A stretch of DNA of 63,897 bases, the filler included, from Octopus bimaculoides (lineage: Eukaryota), in assembly GCF_001194135.2 (NCBI RefSeq). It is 8 parts of 7 records of this genome, joined end to end, with 100 filler letters (N's around TTAATTAATTAA, not from the genome) between each part and the next. Parts side by side here need not be neighbours in the genome. Positions count along the whole stretch, not along the records: positions 35,616 to 48,653 come from NC_068982.1; positions 48,754 to 55,905 come from NW_026350363.1; 6 more parts are not named here. The stretch is one strand, 5' to 3'. A program made the position numbers and the translations under genes. A model generated the notes under the pieces. That model had not been told where the DNA came from, did no database searches, and saw only the letters and a program-made list of their open reading frames with translations. Within the stretch, counting starts at the first letter, position 1. Each line of letters opens with the position of its first letter. Below, in pieces: positions 35,617-49,240 of the stretch.

Positions 35617-36200
35617 CTATGGCCTCCAGACGACTTCGGAATCTCCTGAAACTCGTCCGTACGGTCTCCTTGTTTAAGTTCGCAAATACTGCTATAATCC
35701 TGGCCTTCAGTACATCTTAGGTGTTATAAGGAATTTTGTTGGTCTCTCGCTTAACTGCGCCCCACCTATAGTAATCAGCGGGGTTGCAGTCTGGGGAGTA
35801 AGTGGCCAGATGTTTGGGGTGATGTGGTCGCATAAATTGTCTGACAGCCATGACTGGGTTCCCCTGCTTGTATGACATGGTGCAGAATCCTGTTGCCAGA
35901 ATAGGGTCTTCCTGGTCGTGTCGCCAGTACTAGTGATCATTCCTAGCACCATGAAGTTGGCTGGATATTTGATTTTGATCACTCTCGGTACATCTCAGAT
36001 TTCACAGTCCTCGGATTGATACCCAAATACTGAAATATTCGTATCGGAGCTTCCGGCACGAATGCCAAGCAGTGTAACAGGTCGTTTCCAAATTTCTGGC
36101 AGATTGAATTGCATCATAGTGCTGTTTAACTCACAGAGGGTGCCCAACTGACTCTACGATACTGTGTATTCGAAAAATCAAAAACAAACAATGCGTATGC
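35617..36200 (-). mobile_element. Tc1/mariner derivative (partial)
   Basis: WQQDSAPCHTS..WLSDN..PNIWP(PNSPD)-like motifs; homologous to 53170-53790. Confidence 0.85.
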
Positions 36201-36224
36201 ACGAATTTAAATACACACACGCAC

Positions 36225-36272
36225 ACATACACACACACACACATACACACACACACACACACNNNNNNNNNN

Positions 36273-36313
<41 letters not shown>

Positions 36314-36592
36314 CGTATGTATATATGTATATATACATATTATAAAATATCAGTAGTAATTATTCCAGGCTGCTAGAAATTACTGTATGATAACAAACAA
36401 TAGGAAATAAGAAATCGAGAAGCTTTTATTCTCTTCTACACTTCTAAGACAATATTACCCCAAATTCTTCTCTTAGTTATTTTGTATCTTGTTTTTCGTC
36501 TTAAACTCACTCTCATATTGCGCGAGTATATCAATTTCTCCTTTTAAGTGTGTGCGTATGTATGTATGTATGTATGTATGTATAGATATGTG

Positions 36593-36625
<33 letters not shown>

Positions 36626-36677
36626 AAATATATATATATTTATATGCATATACATATATAAATATATACATATATAC

Positions 36678-36764
<87 letters not shown>

Positions 36765-36770
36765 GGTATG
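36225..36770. repeat. (CA)n/(TA)n/(TATG)n/(TG)n microsatellite cluster
   Basis: Direct reading. Confidence 0.9.
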
Positions 36771-37596
36771 AGAAAACAAGAAAGCTGTTTAATAGCCCAG
36801 ATTGCCAATCGCTCACTCATTTCAAACATATTCTGGAAGAGAAATGTGGTGTAAGAACTAATAATATAGAAAATAATTTTTAAAAAAACCCCCCAAAAAA
36901 ACAAAAAAACAATAAACAATATGGGTAAGATTAATATTATATGGAAATAAATAAGACCGGAAAATAACTCCGGGTTGAAAGCATGTATATTGATTTTTTT
37001 TTTCTCTTTTATATATTCCAGTTTATGTTTTCTGTTTGATAATGATGAACATGGTGAGTAATATAGCAGAAATTATTTATCACACGGGCAACAAACGGTC
37101 AGGAAAAACTATCTAGATATCAATTTTGTCTCACACTAGAACAGATTTTTCGGAGCAACTCACCAATGACTTTGGCACGGGACTGTCTATCGCTTTAATA
37201 TTTTTATTGAAAAATCTATAACCAGACCTTTCTCAGGTGATAACATCAATTATTTAACCATAAATCCAACGAAGAAAACTCACAGGAAATAAAAAAATAT
37301 ATATATAATTTTTATTTGGTTAATATTAGAAGAAAAATACTCAATCACACGCATACACATTAACACACTCCAATACACACATATATAAATTCACGTACAG
37401 GATAACAGGATATGAGTGTATGTGTTTGTGTGAGTATTTGTACATTTGTAAAATAATATTATAGCACATGTGCTATTATATTGATATTTTATTTATCACA
37501 CACACACACACATACACACACCCAGTTGCACTTCTATGAAATTGTTTGTAAATTTGATTTAAAATCAAATGTGCATATACATATATGTTTATATAT

Positions 37597-37633
<37 letters not shown>

Positions 37634-37657
37634 CACTTTCATATACACATATGTGTG

Positions 37658-37707
<50 letters not shown>

Positions 37708-38089
37708 CACATTAATACACATACACGCACACACACACATATGTATATAAATATTTACATATACACATATATGTATATACGTATAAATATATTGAAGTTT
37801 CAATCTGTTCCCTGTAATCTTTTTTCTTCTTACCGTGTATCTTTCCTATACGTCCCTTCATTTCCCTCCCTCTCTGTCTCTCTCCTTCTCTTTCTCTCCC
37901 TTTCTCCTTTGTTCTCTCTCTCTTTCTCTCTCTCTCCCACTTTGCATACGTGTACACATACAAATACACACAGACATATTTTTGTGTGTTTGTTATTAAT
38001 CTCTGTTTCTGTATGATACCATTTGCATGTCACTGTATCAGTACACACACACACACAAACACACTATGGAGTCGAGGTAGAAAGATAGA

Positions 38090-38840
<751 letters not shown>

Positions 38841-38849
38841 GTTACAATG

Positions 38850-39050
38850 GTAAGCTGGTAGCGTCGTCAGCACGCCGGGTTTTTTCTTGCTTTACGTAAT
38901 GAGTTCAAATGTCACCGAGAACGGCTTTGCCTTTTTATTCATTCGGGGTCGATGAAATAAGTGTCAGTTAAGCACTGAGTCGATGTAATCGATTAGTCCC
39001 CCTCCACCCTCAAATTGAAGGCCTTGTGCCTCTAATAGAACGAATAATTT
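38850..39050 (+). mobile_element. tRNA-derived SINE
   Basis: GAGTTCAAAT B-box, core and GGCCTTGTGCC tail; CpG retained. Head-only copy at 39205-39262. Confidence 0.75.
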
Positions 39051-39699
39051 CTCTTACTATTTCTGAAATACATAAAAGGGTTGGAAGGATTTAGAGGAGA
39101 AAAGTATTTCTTACTGGTGTGGTTCTGTTGTTTCTCAATCTCGGCCTTTATTGAACATTTATTGTACAGTCTTATTGCGTAACATTATGAATAAAAAAAA
39201 TTTAAAGGCGGCGAGCTGGTAGAATCGTGAGCACGCCGAGCAAAATGATTAGCGGCACACCCCACACACTCACATGCATACATACATACACACACACATA
39301 CATACACGCACACACACATATACACGCACCCACGTATATTATATCAAAAACTGATAGTCTATTCAAAGTTTCATCCCGACTCTGCGAAAATCTGTCAACT
39401 TTTGATATAAATAAACATCAATATGATTTTGATACCAAATAATCTTTGAACTGCGTGAATTACACTTTTAATATGTTACAATTCCTACATTACAATATAT
39501 ATTGTCATATATATNNNNNNNNNNNNNNNNNNNNNNNNNNNNNNNNNNNNNNNNNNNNNNNNNNNNNNNNNNNNNNNATATATAGTCAAATATATTTTGG
39601 GGTTATCTAGAAGCCTTGAATAGGAGTGAAAAAAATTCAAACCACAAGCTGAACTAAAAAAAAAAAAATAGTAAATGTCAATTACGATTGATTTCAGAT

Positions 39700-39898
39700 T
39701 TTGGCAGAGAACCCGCAATTTCGGGGAAGGGATCAAATCAATTACATCGACCTCAGTGTTCTGCTGGAACTTATTTTATTGACCCCGAAAGGTAAAAAAA
39801 CGACCTCGGTGGAATTTGAACAGAGAACGTAAAGACGGACGAAATGCCGCTTAGCATTTTGTCTGGCGTGCTGGCGATTCTGCCAGCTAATCGCCTTA
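39700..39898 (-). mobile_element. tRNA-derived SINE
   Basis: Same family as 10680; CpG retained. Confidence 0.8.
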
Positions 39899-41638
39899 GG
39901 CTTAACATCTTAATAGTAACGGTATATCTTTTTGCGAAATATTTGTTCATAAATGAATTATGCAGTATTAAAAGTGCTAACGAAACATTTGAATAATCTT
40001 TTATTGAAATATATACAGGTTAAGTTAGATAATCATACAGAGAGAAAAATAGAAAGATTGATGCAACTGAGATTGTGATACATTCAAGGAAAACAGAAAA
40101 GAATATTTTGAGATAAAAGATATCGTTGTTTTAAAATTTAGCTGTTTAGAATAAGGTGAACGTGAGTGAGAAGATCTTAGAGAAAATGAAAGGAGAAACG
40201 AAGACAGAGAAAGGAGATTAGTCTGTAAGACTGTAATGGTGTGCTTAAATTACACACTGATATTTAAGCTTGTTACTTTTACAACAGAATTCACCTGTGT
40301 AAATTAAATAAATATTTGCTTCTGTTATCAAAGAGAATCATGCCTTTGAAAACTTTGCAGACTCTTTGGTAATTGATCGATTAGATAAACGTAGGTGTAG
40401 GAGGTAATCAGCAGAACAGAGACATTCTTCTTTGAATTGCAATTTTCAGCAAATTAAATTGCATATGTAATCTATGATTGGTTCAGCTTTACTAAAGAGA
40501 ATCAATTCTGAAGAACACCAGATTTCTCAGACACATTAGTAAATCGGAATTTATTCGTCCACATACATTTGAGAAAGCAGTTTTCAATTTACTACTGATC
40601 CTATTGGCTGCCGAATAAATTCAAAGAAATTGTTCAAATGATTTACTGCTTCAATGAACCAGCAACGCACGTGTTCTGTTGCTACCCGTATCGACTACGA
40701 ATTCTCCCGCGTATTCTGTTGATCTGATCAAGTGGCCTTTGTTAGTCAACTGCTGCAATCTGAGTTTACGTTGGAATCCGTTCGCTGGAGCGAATGAGGT
40801 ACCTTTTCTGATGTGGCCTCAGAACAGTTGCGAATAGATAAAACGTTTATTGCACGATTTGACAAGCAAAGTAAAACTCAGTCATGCATAACAGTCCGAC
40901 TTGTTAAGTGGTTTTTCAGCGAGAGCAATAGAAACTGTGAGTTATTTCTGTAGCAGCAAGAAACTAGAATCCGTTCTGATGACTCTTTTATTTTAATGTT
41001 TTATAATTATAGAGTTGCTAGATCGCTAGAGAATGAACTCTTTAGCAGTGCACTAAAGCATAGTATGCTTTGACATTTCAACAAAAGCAGTCAACGTAAA
41101 GGAATAGACCAATATATTATAAACCCAGCTTGCTTTCCTGTGCAGCCATTCTGCTGCAATTCTTGTTACGTGTATCTCAACTATTCAGCAAAATAGAAAG
41201 AGAGGAAACTTAACAGATAGTTATTACAGTTGACCGCTTTAAATCAGAATTTTACGATGTATTTCCAAAGAAAAAAAAATCTCTAAAATATCAAACAAGA
41301 AAAAAATAAATCGACGAAATAAACTAAAGTCCCTTTGACAGAAAGTTGGTTCCCTGTAAGAGAAATTGAAGATAAAAAATATAAGAAAATAAAATAACAG
41401 TTCGGCATTGTCCTATGCAAAAAGAAAAATGAAAGCGTGGTAAATTGACGCTGCCCGTTGTGAGAGAAACTTTAGATCTCTGCAGTGAATCTAAAATGGA
41501 GTGCAATCGAGTGTTAACACTGCTGCAGCCAAGTATATCACGTCGCTCAAATACATGCATACATACATACATACATGCATACATACACATACACACATAC
41601 ATACACACATACATACACACATACATCCATCCATACAT

Positions 41639-41690
<52 letters not shown>

Positions 41691-43277
41691 TTACATATAT
41701 TCCTTAACCGTCTAGTTAAATAGATGGAGAAAAGCACAGACTTTCTTCAAAATAAAAAGCATTGATGCTGAGCACCGATTTTAATGTTAGCAAACCTCAA
41801 AATAATGCAGAAGATTTTAGAAAAAAAAACCCGTGATATTGATTTTCTGGATGGTCTTTCATGTACTTTTACACACTTTGGCTTACAACAGAAATTCTGA
41901 GTTTTCCTTAAAACCTCGTATAATGAATTTTAAGTGAGAATTTCTAACTCTTTTTGATAGCATATGCTCCTGACATTGCAAAGCACAAAACTTGACGACA
42001 ACACCCAAATAGCTAGATCACTCAAACCTAGTCGTTTTATTTTATAACTGCCGTTAATGTCTGCTGACTGAAATAAACTAAACATACAATTGAAAGGGTG
42101 AGACCTTATCATTTGTATCTTACTGGAAGAGTGAAAAAAAGGTAAGACAATTGGTGATATAGAGCATGATGGATGAAAATTTTATAATATATAAAAATAC
42201 TAATGGAGATGAATTGATGGTTACTTGTCACACTCAGATTCGAGGCAACAACTAGTACATTTCCTCTCTAGTTTTATACAAAGAACTAAAAGAAAGATGA
42301 TGTTGTTTAACCTTTTCACTGTGACCACGTTGTTGTTTAAAACTCGAGTAGGTTTTTGTTTCTTCAGCTTCTCATCTAGAAAAGACGTGGATTATGTGCC
42401 AACTATTCTTTTTATGTTTTTCTATGACTTATAGCTAGAAGTTACACTCAGAAACGACGTTTGGTTTCAGCACTTACAGTAGAGAAGACTCGGCTATAAG
42501 CATCCACGAGTAAGTTCTTCCTCCAGCTGACTTCCACACAGCTTCGACCTGCCAAAGTTCACTTACAAAGCTTTGATAGAATGAGATCTACGATACGTGG
42601 CACATGGATTTCGAAATTATGCTCAACACGTCAAATCAAAATGTAGCGCGGTTATTGATGATACTGAATGCAGATTCTTCAATAATCTACAGTCATATAC
42701 AACAACATGTACAAAAACACTCAATGTTGAGTTTCTAAGGAATATTTGGAATTCCCTTTACAAATTAAAGATTAACGAATACGTTGCACGGCATAGTTGA
42801 TATATAGGTCTGTCGTTTCATTTTGCTTAAATACCTTTAGATATTTAGGCGCTATTCTTAATTCTACATAATTCTTTTGAAGAAAGTAGTAAGAAAATGC
42901 ATTTGAACCTTTTCTAAAGTTAAACACACACGGACACATATATAAACATGACACCTGTTATTATGTCCTGTTAATTGCATTTGTATTTGTGTGACATTTC
43001 TCTGGGTCTTTTTTCCGTCCTTGTTTTCGTATACATTCGCTGCTTTCTTCCAAGGAATCTAATGCTCTTAGTTTATTTTTTCCTTGGGCTGGCCAGATTG
43101 AAGCAATCTCGAGTATAACTAGCTGAAATTGCAAAGATAATCTGGAACTCGACTGAGGATAGAAAAATCCTAATGACCTGTCCTTGTTTTCCTAGTATCG
43201 TCTGTCTGGATGTTTTGCGTTCTTGTCCCATTTTTGTATTTTTTATGTATATTTATATACATGCATACATACATACA

Positions 43278-43371
<94 letters not shown>

Positions 43372-45255
43372 CTAACAATAGGCTATGAAAGAAGACAATT
43401 GCTAAGGTTCTACATTGTAGAATCTAATCCGGAAGCATGCATTTGCGAAAGCAACTTGTTGTTTAGACACAGATTTATACCAAATAATCAGACTTTTGAT
43501 GAAAGCCTTTTCGTTATGAGTATCCCGTTCTTTATTTCTAGAATATCGAATATACCATGTTTTTTATAAGATGTGATTTGGTCGGGATTTACCTGTTAGA
43601 TACAAAAAGTCAATTAACCAGCAAGAGACGCTTTGGTTGTCTGAGATTAGTGATAATGAAGACAGGGGTGAAGTTTAACCTAAACTTTCGAAAACAACTG
43701 GAGGGTGTTAAAGAGTTGCAGTTCCTGTGAGAAAGGAATTATTTAGTGAAGATACATACATACAGACATACATACATATATACATACATAGAAGAAAGTC
43801 AGGGAGTTAAATGATTTGGAGAGAAGAGTACATAGTTTTCTAGCTCGTAGACGGACTATTATGAGTTATATAAAAAATAGAAAGAGTCAATATATTGGTT
43901 GACTAGAGTTGGAACTGAGTTCTATTCAGTCACACACAGTGTGTGTTTGTAGTGGGGCGTGAACGTGTTTGAGTGTGTATGTGTCAAGAAATTGCTTCGT
44001 TCCGGATATATGAACACTATCCGACTGCTAATCAATCCTTCATATGCAGTTATATTTGGCACTGAAGAAGACTAGCATTTGATATTGCAGTCTTCACATT
44101 TATATATATTTTCCAAATGGAAGTCTATCAAAGATTGCATGGCAAAGAATCTGTAAAGCTTGTCATGATTTTAGCTTAACTTCCTGAATATGAATGGATG
44201 TGATTTCAACAATGAAATACCTTCTTGATGTTATAAATAATATAGATTACTGAACCTGTTGATTAAAAGAAAAATAACACTGTAACAAAATTTCTTTTTT
44301 CTGGGTTTTTTTTTTTTTTTGGTCAATAAGTGTTACTTCATATTTGCTTCTATCTAAAAATTAAAAGGAATGATTTCTATTTCATTCAAACTTTGCTTTT
44401 GTGACTGGGACATCAATGCTTTGAAACTGACCTATTTTTCATTACATTTCAGACAGATTCAGCACTGAGTTGCAGATGCAGAAATATCGTTATAACAAAT
44501 ATTCTGCTCCAGACAACAGATTCGCTTGTCAGTTGCTTGACTATAACCACTTGGGCATGTCCCTTAGTGGCTGACAATATGTGCATCTCTGATCATGAGC
44601 ATGAATAGTGGGGGAGCATCATATCCATGTGTTGAGAGGGATTCTTTGGAGTTTGAATAAATGTAACAAAAGTCTGAAGAAAATATTAGCAATTCTTCAT
44701 ACTTTCTAGGGGTAAGCAAATAGGAAATTTCAGTTGCTACCCAAGGAAAAATCTTTACACAGTGTAATCATTAAGATGATGGAAATTGATAAATAGAGAA
44801 AAATGGAGACTGTTAAAATTTTGTCGAACATTTCAAGGCGTCGCAAAGTCGAAATATGGAAGCGGAGTTTGTCAGAATAATTATAGAAAACTTAAAGATG
44901 AAAAAAATCTGAACAGTGAAACCTTAGAAATATAACTTTTAGGCATTGATGGAATTAATAATGCGAGAAATTTATAAATATCTACGAAGAGCGCAGCACT
45001 TTACATTAGTATAATGCAATGGAAGTGATTATATGGGTGTCTACATCCTATTAAAACCAGGTGAACGTATCGTATTATGTAATATTATTTAAAATTGTTT
45101 GTGCGTTATCACATGAGCGATGCACTTGGCTGAGACTCTTATTATATATATATTTTATAGTAATACGTATGTATATATGTATGAGTAAACAAACAAACAC
45201 CGATTTTCAAGTGGGGAGCAACAAACACGCACGCAAAGCACTCATACACAAACAC

Positions 45256-45302
<47 letters not shown>

Positions 45303-45603
45303 NNNNNNNNNNNNNNNNNNNNNNNNNNNNNNNNNNNNNNNNNNNNNNNNNNNNNNNNNNNNNNNNNNNNNNNNNNNNNNNNNNNNNNNNNNNNNNNNNN
45401 NNNNNNNNNNNNNNNNNNNNNNNNNNNNNNNNNNNNNNNNNNNNNNNNNNNNNNNNNNNNNNNNNNNNNNNNNNNNNNNNNNNNNNNNNNNNNNNNNNNN
45501 NNNNNNNNNNNNNNNNNNGATACATATGTAGTTAAATCGAATAATCAAACGTTAAAAATTAAAAAAAACAAAAAGAGGACGTGGACGGTCGGTAAAAAGA
45601 GAC

Positions 45604-45645
45604 GATTTTTGACGTTTCGAACATACCTCTTCATCAGAAACGAAA
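45604..45645 (-). ncRNA. Minimal type I hammerhead-ribozyme candidate
   Basis: rc: UUU-CUGAUGA-A-GAG-GUAUG-UUC-GAAA-CGU-C-AAA. Full core, 3-bp stem II, palindromic ACGU stem III, GUC site, weak 3-bp stem I; resembles the minimal hammerheads described in PLEs. Confidence 0.55.
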
Positions 45646-45728
45646 ACGGAAATGTGCAGAGAAGGAGAAATATCACCAACAAACAGCACGGGTGTACGGA
45701 TGTAGTTACATAGCTGAAGTAAGCACCG

Positions 45729-45767
<39 letters not shown>

Positions 45768-45924
45768 GTATGTATGTACGTATATACGACAAGATTCCAC
45801 ATTGCTCCTGTCGTCCACATCCATTCACAAGCCGTTGATTAGGCCAGGCCTACAGTAGAAGAAACCTGCTTAAGGTGCTGCACAGTCGTAATGAATCCGA
45901 AACCACGTGATTACAAAAACTCAC

Positions 45925-45982
45925 CGCCTTGCCTGCGCATTTGTCAAGAGTGTAACCGCTGCGATTATAAAACTAGAGTTAT
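45925..45982 (-). CDS. Candidate fifth exon of the LLTP gene (xNSSFIIAAVTLLTNAQAR)
   Basis: TTTTTATTGCTTTCGTCCCAG acceptor and GTGAGT donor; only phase-1 entry is open, matching the donor phase at 48816; no homology recognised. Confidence 0.35.
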
Positions 45983-46733
45983 CTGGGACGAAAGCAATAA
46001 AAACTACAACAACAACAACAATAAAAACAACAATAACCACAATGATACGCTGATTATACTTTATACTTATACTTTCATGTTTATTATTCTGTGTGATTGT
46101 GTATGTGAATGCCTACGCATTCTTTCATACGAATATAGATATGACCGCATAAACACATATAAATACAGACGAGCAAGCACATATGTATGCACGAATGTAT
46201 GCATATGCGTATATAAATATCTATCTGTCTCTGTGTTTGATTATCTATCTGTAATTCTATCTATCTATCTATCTATGCATACATATATACGTCTCTCTCT
46301 CTCTCGCTCTCTCTGTCTCTCTCTCGCTCTCTCTGTCTCTCTCTCNNNNNNNNNNNNNNNNNNNNNNNNNNNNNNGTCTCTCTCTCGCTCTCTCTGTCTC
46401 TCTCTCGCTCTCTCTGTCTCTCTCTATACGGCTGACTATGCACGGACACATATCGCATTCATAGATTTTCATATATGTCTAAATATGTATTATTTGTGCT
46501 GTGATATAGCTTCATATCTTTAACAGTATGCATGTATGTAAATCTTTTACAACAAATTAAATCTGTATTTTAAAACACACACGAACACACACATATACAC
46601 ACATACATTTATATACACATACGCACATATATTTGCGTTCATTTAGGCGTGATTATTACGAAACAGTTCTCATTATAAAGCGAGTATTAAACTATATATT
46701 CTATACACACAGATGTCAGTGTGTATGTATATA

Positions 46734-46771
<38 letters not shown>

Positions 46772-46942
46772 CATACAGTATGTATATATATATGTGTGTG
46801 TGTGTATACATAAATATATGCATACATATATACATATGTATATATATATATATATACACAAATACATACATGTATGTATATATATATATGCATACATGTA
46901 CATATATTTATGCTCATATACATATATATGTATGCATATATG

Positions 46943-46977
<35 letters not shown>

Positions 46978-47789
46978 NNNNNNNNNNNNNNNNNNNNNNN
47001 NNNNNNNNNNNNNNNNNNNNNNNNNNNNNNNNNNNNNNNNNNNNNNNNNNNNNNNNNNNNNNNNNNNNNNNNNNNNNNNNNNNNNNNNNNNNNNNNNNNN
47101 NNNNNNNNNNNNNNNNNNNNNNNNNNNNNNNNNNNNNNNNNNNNNNNNNNNNNNNNNNNNNNNNNNNNNNNNNNNNNNNNNNNNNNNNNNNNNNNNNNNN
47201 NNNNNNNNNNNNNNNNNNNNNNNNNNNNNNNNNNNNNNNNNNNNNNNNNNNNNNNNNNNNNNNNNNNNNNNNNNNNNNNNNNNNNNNNNNNNNNNNNNNN
47301 NNNNNNNNNNNNNNNNNNNNNNNNNNNNNNNNNNNNNNNNNNNNNNNNNNNNNNNNNNNNNNNNNNNNNNNNNNNNNNNNNNNNNNNNNNNNNNNNNNNN
47401 NNNNNNNNNNNNNNNNNNNNNNNNNNNNNNNNNNNNNNNNNNNNNNNNNNNNNNNNNNNNNNNNNNNNNNNNNNNNNNNNNNNNNNNNNNNNNNNNNNNN
47501 NNNNNNNNNNNNNNNNNNNNNNNNNNNNNNNNNNNNNNNNNNNNNNNNNNNNNNNNNNNNNNNNNNNNNNNNNNNNNNNNNNNNNNNNNNNNNNNNNNNN
47601 NNNNNNNNNNNNNNNNNNNNNNNNNNNNNNNNNNNNNNNNNNNNNNNNNNNNNNNNNNNNNNNNNNNNNNNNNNNNNNNNNNNNNNNNNNNNNNNNNNNN
47701 NNNNNNNNNNNNNNNNNNNNNNNNNNNNNNNNNNNNNNNNNNNNNNNNNNNNNNNNNNNNNNNNNNNNNNNNNNNNNNNNNNNNNNNNN

Positions 47790-47826
<37 letters not shown>

Positions 47827-48753
47827 GTATGTATGAGTTTGTATGTATATATGTGTATGTATATATGTGTGTGTGTGTATGCATATGTATATATATATAT
47901 ATATCTCCTGTACCCATATATGCTTGTATGTATACATATAGTATGTCGGTATGTACATATATGTATGGATATATGCATATAATTATATATTATTTATGTT
48001 ATATATATATATATATACATAAACATATATAATTATATGTGTGTGTGTGTGTGTGTGTCTTTACATATATGAAAGTGCGCACGCACTAGTGGATGCGTGT
48101 TTGTGTGAACGCTCACCAAACGGACGGTAGTAAGACAAAGACGAAATAGGGTATAGTAACACAAAATAAAAGAAAATAGCCACCAACCAAAAGAAAGTGA
48201 TTAAGAAAAGACGAAGAAATGCATGAAAATGTAGAAGACAACAGAAATATCAACAACAGTAAGAACAACAACAACAACAATAGAATAGTGAAGTTAAAAC
48301 AAATTACAACAAATAAATGAAATAGCTGCAATGAGAACAACAACAAGAACAGAAGAAACAAGAAAATAAAAGCATCAACAACAAACACATAGAAAACACT
48401 GATAAATATTACCTAACTGTAAAGCCAGAAAATATAAATAAATTGAAATAATGCTAAGTAATATACAAATGTACATACAAACGCAATCATTTCCTCCGCC
48501 AGCACTTTCTCAATCCATTTGTGTGTGTGTGTGTATGTGTGTGTGTGTCTGCGGCTGTGTATTACATACATAAATATATGCATTGATACATACATATATA
48601 CACAGGTATATATAAATATACATGTATGTATATATATATATATATATATATATNNNNNNNNNNNNNNNNNNNNNNNNNNNNNNNNNNNNNNNNNNNNTTA
48701 ATTAATTAANNNNNNNNNNNNNNNNNNNNNNNNNNNNNNNNNNNNNNNNNNNN

Positions 48754-48789
<36 letters not shown>

Positions 48790-48815
48790 ATCAAATATCA
48801 ATGAAATAGACTCAC

Positions 48816-49070
48816 ATGATGCTACTATGGGTTTGAATTTAGAGCTGGTCGCACTCGCTTCCATGTCCAGTCGCTCTCCAGCCGTGTATTCCAGCAATGA
48901 ATTCAGCTCTCCATTATGTTCTGGTCCCTTTACTCTGAGGTTATTTGTCCATTTGAACCCTTGTGGAAAATATTCAGTCAGCCAATTGTGGTCAAAGTTG
49001 TACTCCAAGTGCTTATCAAGATTGAGTGTTGCACTACTGGTTAAGTTTCCGGATCTCCCAGTGATATATG
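48816..49070 (-). CDS. Apolipophorin-like LLTP, exon 4 of 4 seen (255 bp)
   Basis: CTTTTATCGGTAG acceptor (phase 1, completing G+CA=Ala) and GTGAGT donor; YITGRSGNLTSSATLNLDKHLEYNFDHNWL..KPIVAS is open. Assigned by phase and position rather than a motif. Confidence 0.75.
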
Positions 49071-49134
49071 CTACCGATAAAAGGAATACAAGAAAAAAAT
49101 TAAAGAACAAAAACAATTTGAAATACATAGTTAT

Positions 49135-49179
<45 letters not shown>

Positions 49180-49240
49180 AATAATAATAATAATAATAAT
49201 GATAATAATAATAATAATAATAATGATAATAATAATAATA

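Noticed and set aside
42028-44255. Further LLTP micro-exon candidates (44221-44255 SVIYIIYNIKK; 42028-42067 SADINGSYKIKRL)
   Set aside because: Splice sites are plausible, but the pieces are too short to recognise and do not chain in phase with the 45925 candidate; need RNA-seq.
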